A stretch of DNA of 20,000 bases from contig JYFJ02001994.1 of the NCBI GenBank assembly GCA_000934665.2, positions 44,846-64,845 of the forward strand, read 5' to 3'. Source of the stretch: Catajapyx aquilonaris (lineage: Eukaryota). Positions 12,284 to 20,000 of this stretch are shown in pieces; the stretch's first letter is position 1; each line of letters starts with the position of its first letter. A model generated the notes under the pieces. It saw nothing but the letters and a program-made list of their open reading frames with translations, did no database searches and was not told where the DNA came from. A program made the translations under genes and the position numbers.

Positions 12284-13148
12284 CCTTCGAATCGAGTTTC
12301 TGGCCCACACCCAGCCTTACAAGCACCGACTCGACCTCCCCCGTCTCCCCTGATTCTTCACCGAACCTTCCAGCAGGAGCAGAGCACCGGGGCGGACCCA
12401 GGGGCGGCCCCTGAGTCGGACCCGAGGCGAATTACGACCTCATCATTCGACGTTCGGCTTCCATGAAATGAAAGGGGGAGGAAAAGGAGGGGACGCCGAC
12501 TGATAACAGTTTAATGGTGTAGCTAATATAACTACCGGAATGAAAAGGCAGGCTGGACAGTGCCGACGCATATCCCAAACAGGACAAAATATCTTCGGGA
12601 TCTTTAGAGCTAATGCGAGGGACGTATTTTCTGCCAATATTTACAGGATAATATCAAAATGTCTGGCAAAATCTGGCTGTAAGCTAATGTTGGTAACTGA
12701 TACTCTTCCCTGCTACTGGCTACATCCGGGCTCTTGCGTGACGTCATCGGTGGCGTTCAGTAATCCGGCTGCGTATATGCAACTGTCGAATTTTAATTTT
12801 GTTAATTTGAGATTAACATTTTCATCATTGAAAGTACAGGTGTTATCTAATTACATAATCTGTAGACAATTTCTGAACATTATTTTATAATGTTTTTCAC
12901 GTAATAACCAAAAAGTCTACCCATGGTTTCGTTTTAAAATGTGCCTCAAATATGGAACCATCGCTGTGACGTCATAAGCGATGTTGCCAGCTCATCAAAA
13001 TGTAAAGATTCAGATTGTTTGACAATTTTAAAACAATGTGTGCTAAAATATTGACCTAAACGTATGATAAAATGTAACAAACAAAAATACAAAAGATATG
13101 TTGGACCACCTCTCTTTGATTGTTACATATAAACATGAGGGCATGTTG

Positions 13149-13748
13149 ATACAATAACAATACAATACCACACAACACAATACGACACAAACACAATTGA
13201 ATCCAATGCTGTAGGCTACAATACAGCAGAACACAATATGATATGTAGCTACACAATACAATAACAATACAATACATACAACCAAGAGCTTATTGACGCA
13301 ACACAATATACGACACAAACACAATATATTGAAACCATTTCTGTAGGCTACAATGCAGCACAACACAATACGACACAAGCACAATTGAATCCAATGCTGT
13401 AGGCTACAATACAGCATAACACAATATGATATGTAGCTATATAGGCTACACAATACAATAACAATACAATACATAAGTTACAACCAAGAGCTTGATACAA
13501 CACAATACGACATAAACGCAATAGAGTATATTGAATCCAATACACTGTAGGCTACAATGCAGCACAACACAATATGATATATGTAGCTACACAATACCAC
13601 ACAATACAATACGACACAAACGCAATTTAATCCAAATATGCTGCAGGCTACAATACAGCACAACACAATATGATATGTAGCTACGCAATACAATAAAATT
13701 CAAAACCATACAAACCCAATACAATAACATTCAATACAAATATACAAT
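13149..13748. repeat. Complex minisatellite built on CAATA/CAACA pentamers with two recurring ~55-65-bp modules
   Basis: Module A (caacacaatacgacacaaacacaattgaatccaatgctgtaggctacaatacagca) occurs about 5 times and module B (caatatgatatgtagctacacaatacaataacaatacaatac...) about 4 times. This explains the Cys/Val/Tyr-rich minus-strand ORFs. Confidence 0.93.
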
Positions 13749-13835
13749 GGATTCACATTTCATTATTTCTACGAGTGCTTCTATAGCCTATTCGTTCTAC
13801 AGACTGACTGATTCCAAAGGCTTCAGGGATTTCTG

Positions 13836-13869
13836 TATAAAAGGAAGTTAATTTCCACCTTCTTCTAGT
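13836..13869 (+). promoter_or_regulatory. TATA box + initiator of the secreted-peptide gene
   Basis: TATAAAAG at 13836. CTAGT initiator-like motif with its A at 13867, 31 nt downstream of the TATA T and 58 nt upstream of the ATG at 13925. Confidence 0.65.
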
Positions 13870-13924
13870 GTTGGAGAAGATCCTCTGAGAGCATAGTCTA
13901 TTTGTTCAGAAGTCTTCCAACAAG

Positions 13925-16163
13925 ATGGGTCACTTCCTGCGCATCGCTGTAATTCTGGCAGTGCTGGCCACTCTGACCCAAGACTTCTCTCCAGTAGAAG
14001 GTAAATCCAAGTTCCATTTGAATGGGTTAGTGCCATAACGTGCTAAGCCACAAAACCTTCATTCTGAGATATGGGCTTTCAAAAGTTTGGCTTAATATGG
14101 CAAATCATACAAAACAAGGAACATTATTTGTGATTTTCTCGTGATCTATGGGGAATTTTTCTAACTACGTGATGCCCACTTGTGAAGCACGATGGTGGGA
14201 CTTTCAGACACGTGCAAGCTCAAAAAACACAAAAGTGTGGCTTAGCACGTTATGGCACTAACCCCTTCATTTATTTCAGCTGCGTCTTATGACAGACCCC
14301 TCAATGAATCAGTTCCACTAATGAAAGAGACTTTCAGAATTATTTGTAATAGCTCAGCACCTGAACGAGCCTCCTATTCAGTTCAGAGCTATAATTATGT
14401 CTTGTTCGTTGTAGAGCTTTTCCTTCTTTTATCCCTATGTGATTCCAGACTATGCAATTTAATTAAAAAAATTTCTTCCGGGTAATCAGGAAGATTATCA
14501 GGAATGGAATATGCAGCCCAACAAGCGGCCTCAGAGGCACGATCTGCGGAATCAAAGTCACGATCATCTGAATCAGATTCACGATCATCGGAATCAGCAG
14601 CTGCAGCAGCACCAGGTGAGTAGTCTATACCATCCAGTTGCCCGAATCCGTGGCGGTTTCCATCTTCGTAAAATTATTATCTATTGACTATCCAAACCAA
14701 CAAGAGGTTACGTCGATTTGGCATTAACCTTTCAATAAGACATCATTTAAAATAAATACAGGGTCATCGAAAAAGAATGTCCCAATTTTAAAACACTATA
14801 ACTCGAAAACTTGTAGACATATCTTAATGAAACTAAGGTGAGACAAACACTTTTGAAATTTCTTAGCATTTCAAAATTTAAATAATTTAGATAAATTTTC
14901 GAGTTATAGAGTTTTAATATTGGGACATTCTTTTTCGATGACCCGGTGTAAAAAATGAAGGACCGAGGGGAATTCTTATTTAGAAAAATTATTACGATCT
15001 TCTCTCACGGGTCAGGTCCGAAAGAAGGCAAAAGATTGGGCAAAGGCACAGCAGGTATGTACGACCTTTATGGCTAACTTTTCTTCCTATACTTTTGGCG
15101 TGTGAACACGTGCAGTGCACCATATATCCCTTAGTAACAGTGCAAAAGGAATTACAGTATATATAAAATCCGTCAGCGGGGTTTAAGCAATGGTTAACGA
15201 GTGATGACATATATTCACGCGCCTATACAACTCACTATATATCAGTTCTCGAAACATCCCCACATATCACTACAATGAATTTCTAAACCACTAAGACTAC
15301 GGCAGGAAGCCAGCAACAAAAGCTATTATGAAGCAAATACTGCTGTGAAAGTAAATAATAAAACCAAATTACGCGGATAAAAAGTGCATCGGATGTGAGG
15401 ACAATAATAATATCACTAATCTTGCGCCCCGAAAATATTAGCATTTCTGCAGCACATTTTCACTGATTGTGAGTGCAATGGATTTTCCATGAAATAAATG
15501 CATGTTTGCAATTTCCCTTACTTATCGCTTTCAAAATATCACATATCATTCAACTATTTTATGTGAGGGTCTATATGAATTCACAAAGACGTCAGAACAT
15601 TTGCACATCATTACATCCGCTTCAGTCATATATTATTTCAGGGTAATATCTATTATATGGCTTCAGTATTAATTTTTGGGTGTTCATCAGTTTTTCTTGC
15701 ACAAAATTCTTCAGAGAGAAGGTTTTAAAATAATGGCATAAATGTTGCATTATGACTGTTTCAGAAAGGACACTGACTCTGGAGAGGGGTGTTAGAGTTC
15801 ATTGAAAGGATATTGTAAAACACAGGCTATGTTCTTCTTCTTCAAGGTTAGTAATCGCACATATAATATTTCGATAAGAGATATTCGATGAAAACACCAA
15901 CTGAAAATATGTAAAATGTGTATGTGTAGACAGGACTTCAGCCATAAAAATGCTCAGCAAAATAATGTTTTCAATTGCACAGAAAACAAGCAAAGCAATA
16001 CTCGTCTTATCTCGCCTGTCGGTATAGCTCTACATTATTATTAAAACTGTTTCATGAAGCTAACATACGTATGCAGTAACAAATTTCGACACTACTTGTC
16101 TACTAATAACCTTATTGTATCACTTTTTATCTTTCACATTTGTAACTTTTTTCAGGTCTATAA
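13925..16163 (+). CDS. Putative small secreted Ser/Ala-rich peptide precursor, ~82 aa, 4 exons (13925-14000, 14490-14615, 15016-15054, 16156-16163)
   Basis: Exon 1 encodes a signal peptide MGHFLRIAVILAVLATLTQDFSPVE|G (donor AAG|GTAAAT). All introns are phase 1, with donors CAG|GTGAGT (14615) and CAG|GTATGT (15054) and a strong final acceptor TTTTTTCAG (16155). Product: ...VEG-RLSGMEYAAQQAASEARSAESKSRSSESDSRSSESAAAAAPGPKEGKRLGKGTAGL*. The exon 2 acceptor is uncertain (14490 vs 14502 vs cryptic 14280). Confidence 0.62.
14020..14268. mobile_element. 249-bp non-autonomous TIR element (Sola1-like, 4-bp AWWT-type TSD)
   Basis: 33-bp TIRs GAA(T/G)GGGTTAGTGCCATAACGTGCTAAGCCACA (14020-14052 / 14236-14268, one mismatch), flanked by ATTT at 14016-14019 and 14269-14272. 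Confidence 0.82.
14538..14600 (+). repeat. 3 x 21-bp coding tandem repeat inside exon 2
   Basis: cacgatctgcggaatcaaagt / cacgatcatctgaatcagatt / cacgatcatcggaatcagcag = RSAESKS, RSSESDS, RSSESAA. Confidence 0.85.
14759..14948. mobile_element. ~190-bp Tc1/mariner-type MITE
   Basis: TA|CAGGGTCATCGAAAAAGAATGTCCCAATTTTAAAACACTATAACTCGAAAA ... TTTTCGAGTTATAGAGTTTTAATATTGGGACATTCTTTTTCGATGACCCGGTG|TA: ~50-bp TIRs, TA flanks, CAGGGT terminus. Confidence 0.85.
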
Positions 16164-16359
16164 TAATTAACAACACTGATGAAGAAGGACGAGCGTTGAT
16201 TTTGACCGTCACACACACGGACACGGACCTGACAACGTCACCTGCTGCGATCACTATAATAGCCTACTACAAGCAAGAATACAGTGTGCTACGTCTTTTC
16301 AACAGTATTATTCTAGTTTATTAGGTTTGGTTGGGTTTGAAGTCATATAATGTAACACC

Positions 16360-16391
16360 AATAAATGCACACCAGTGTGCAACGAAATAAA
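16360..16391 (+). terminator. Candidate polyadenylation signals of the secreted-peptide gene
   Basis: AATAAA at 16360-16365 and 16386-16391, ~200 nt after the TAA at 16161-16163. Confidence 0.45.
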
Positions 16392-16542
16392 AATGAGTGT
16401 CCGAATCCACCACTTTATTCACTAGGGCACGGGTCCGCACCAAAACTACGCTGTAATTACCCACATAGGTCAGAAAAATTACCACATTGATATAGTACGT
16501 AACGTTTGCAATGTCCTCTCTGTGTGCACCGTTAGTACTCAC

Positions 16543-16812
16543 CAGACAGCATAGTTTCTTTTCATGTATGTAATGCGATGACACGCTTCCACTGGACACA
16601 TGGATATTCCATACAGCACATTGGTATTGCACTAGAATAAATGGTAGACAATCATCACTCTATGTGTTCATTGCCACACACGTTTCCTTGCCAACCACTG
16701 AGCTGTCTCCTTCTTTGCCTGTCAGATAATATCTGCCATCACTTCAAACCACTGTAAGAGAAATATGGAAAAATGCAACAACAGCTCCAATCCAACAGCA
16801 ACCAATCCAGAG
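16543..16812 (-). pseudogene. Possible decayed C-type lectin-like domain exons
   Basis: One frame reads WIGAVVAFFHISLTVV*SDGRYYLTGKEGDSSVVGKETCVAMNT*. A 49-nt exon-like piece 16543-16591 (CCAG|...|GTGAGT) reads EACHRITYMKRNYAV. The motif order WIG, WSDG, ExCVxM, C..YxVC fits a CTLD, but in-frame stops are present. Confidence 0.3.
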
Positions 16813-17034
16813 CAAGTGCAGACGAATTACGTTGCATCAGACGGGTTTACCAGACACAATGAAAAATTGAGGACACCAAAATAATGTACTGATCCTGCTA
16901 TGCAAATCCAACATCACATGCCATAACCTAGGTGCAGGCTCTTATTGAAAATATCTTTAATGAAAACAATGGAAATGGGAAAATAATAACATGCAATAAT
17001 AATTAAGTCTATTTGCCATTTCAAATCATGGTAT

Positions 17035-17040
17035 TTTATT
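17035..17040 (-). terminator. Polyadenylation signal of ILF2
   Basis: AATAAA on the minus strand ~50 nt after the ILF2 stop at 17089. Confidence 0.6.
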
Positions 17041-17088
17041 CAGTGAGGTCCATTAGACACATCAAATATGAAGACACAATCCTTCTCC

Positions 17089-18899
<1,811 letters not shown>

Positions 18900-19008
18900 G
18901 TCTCACTGGATTGTACAACCCCAGAGGTCTTCCTGTCTGTCCAAACCCTTCCTGTCTCTGGATGATGGAAAGTTCTAGGCTTTTCGACCAGACCAGAGAC
19001 CAAGGAAG

Positions 19009-19450
19009 TAGTGATGTGACGAAAATAACGTAACGGTTATAAATAACGCATATCAAGAAGTAACGCATACACAAAATAACGATTACTTATTTCCTTGCTT
19101 ATTTCTGTTGAAAATATGCGTTATTCGAATACGTTACAAAATAACGCATACCTAGAAACGTTATTTTGTATTCGTTATTTTGTAACGTATTCGAGTAACG
19201 CTTTTGAAAACGTTACAAAATAACGCATACTAAGAAACGTTATTTTGTATTCGTTATTTTGTAACGTATTCGAGTAATGCTTTTGAAAACGTTTTTTTGG
19301 CAATCGTTATTTTGTAACGTATTCGAGTAACGCTTTTGAAAACGTGTCTTTTCATACCGGTATTCGTTCTTTTGTAACGGGTTGGAGATTGGAGTAATGC
19401 TTTCGGAAACAGTTTCTTTGTATTTATTCCTTATTTTGCATATTTTGCAA
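19009..19450. mobile_element. hAT-like element end with a subterminal array of mixed-orientation AATAACG/GTAACG repeats
   Basis: Begins TAGTGATG (hAT-type terminus) at 19009. 79-bp tandem units at 19131-19209 and 19210-19288 plus two partial copies; perfect 22-bp inverted pair 19125-19146 / 19173-19194. Opposite TIR and TSD not found. Confidence 0.6.
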
Positions 19451-20000
19451 CGAGTTGGTGTCGCACTTTTGGTTCTTTTTTCATGAAACCGTTTATTATA
19501 TAGCCTAGTTATTGTTCATGGAGGGGGGTATTTTCGATCCCAAAGTTTGGCCAAACCAAGACTGCCACACTCGTGCCCTTTCACACACTTACGGTAATTC
19601 GGCGTAAAAACCTCGTGACGCTCTCGAATCTCACTGGTACCGACATGGAAATGAGAGATTGCGGGTCAAAATAAAAAAACTGTACCTGGCCGCGGCGGCC
19701 GCAAATATCACCCCAGGAGAAAAATAAGCGCACCATCTCAAAGTGCAACTCTTTCGCGTCCATATACTCCAGTTTCATGCCGATACCTCCATATTTGCGG
19801 CCATGACAGCGAGAGGAAGAAGTGTCAAACTCACGGGCCGGCCCGCGACGGGCTCCCCGCAACAATGGATAGCGTAGCCTAGAGCGTTGCCTAGAGCGCG
19901 CTCTTAAGGTGGAAATGAAGCTAGAGTCACTGAATGAGAATTTTATGAAAAAAACATATGTTACGCAGTTTTGTGTCCTCTTATCAATGGCGCAAAGAAA

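Noticed and set aside
13043..13693. Cys/Val/Tyr-rich minus-strand ORFs resembling a membrane or keratin-like protein
   Set aside because: They are translations of the CAATA-based minisatellite in several frames.
13149..13748. CRISPR-like repeat/spacer pattern
   Set aside because: The intervening sequences are themselves repeats, the context is eukaryotic and no cas genes are present.
14449..14575. Alternative frames of exon 2 (FFRVIRKIIRNGIC.. antimicrobial-like; MQPNKRPQ.. Gln/His-rich)
   Set aside because: Both are preceded by stops after the 14448 acceptor and are out of phase with the signal-peptide and 15016-15054 exons.
19500..20000. GC-richer, repeat-like DNA with a CTC|TTAA|GGTGG junction (Sola3- or Kolobok-like ends) and ORF 19581-19865
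   Set aside because: No partner TIR within the window and no recognisable protein motif; cannot be supported.

Overview
Eukaryotic (invertebrate, arthropod-like) genomic DNA, AT-rich with many 59-70 bp introns; most ORF-track entries are spurious. Firm calls: an intact 9-exon ILF2/NF45 gene on the minus strand (17089-18899, 389 aa after manual splicing), a decayed Gypsy/Ty3 pol relic (1676-2945) carrying an internal 329-bp inversion, a frameshifted AcademX-type transposon C-terminus (XPG/FEN1-like nuclease + Cys-rich finger, ~6830-7655), several non-autonomous TIR elements and satellites. Not in the ORF track: a plus-strand TATA/Inr-driven 4-exon gene (13925-16163) for an ~82-aa secreted Ser/Ala-rich peptide, with a MITE in each of its first two introns; the first MITE supplies a branch point for a cryptic in-frame acceptor. 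The 8.1-12.5 kb block is unexplained: it is bracketed by ~187-bp inverted repeats and contains a 622-bp near-perfect foldback, a small hairpin fused to duplicated TATA units, and short decayed ORFs sharing an acidic..[IV]F[IL]P motif. It may be an undescribed composite or virus-derived element. All family assignments come from motif recognition, not database searches.
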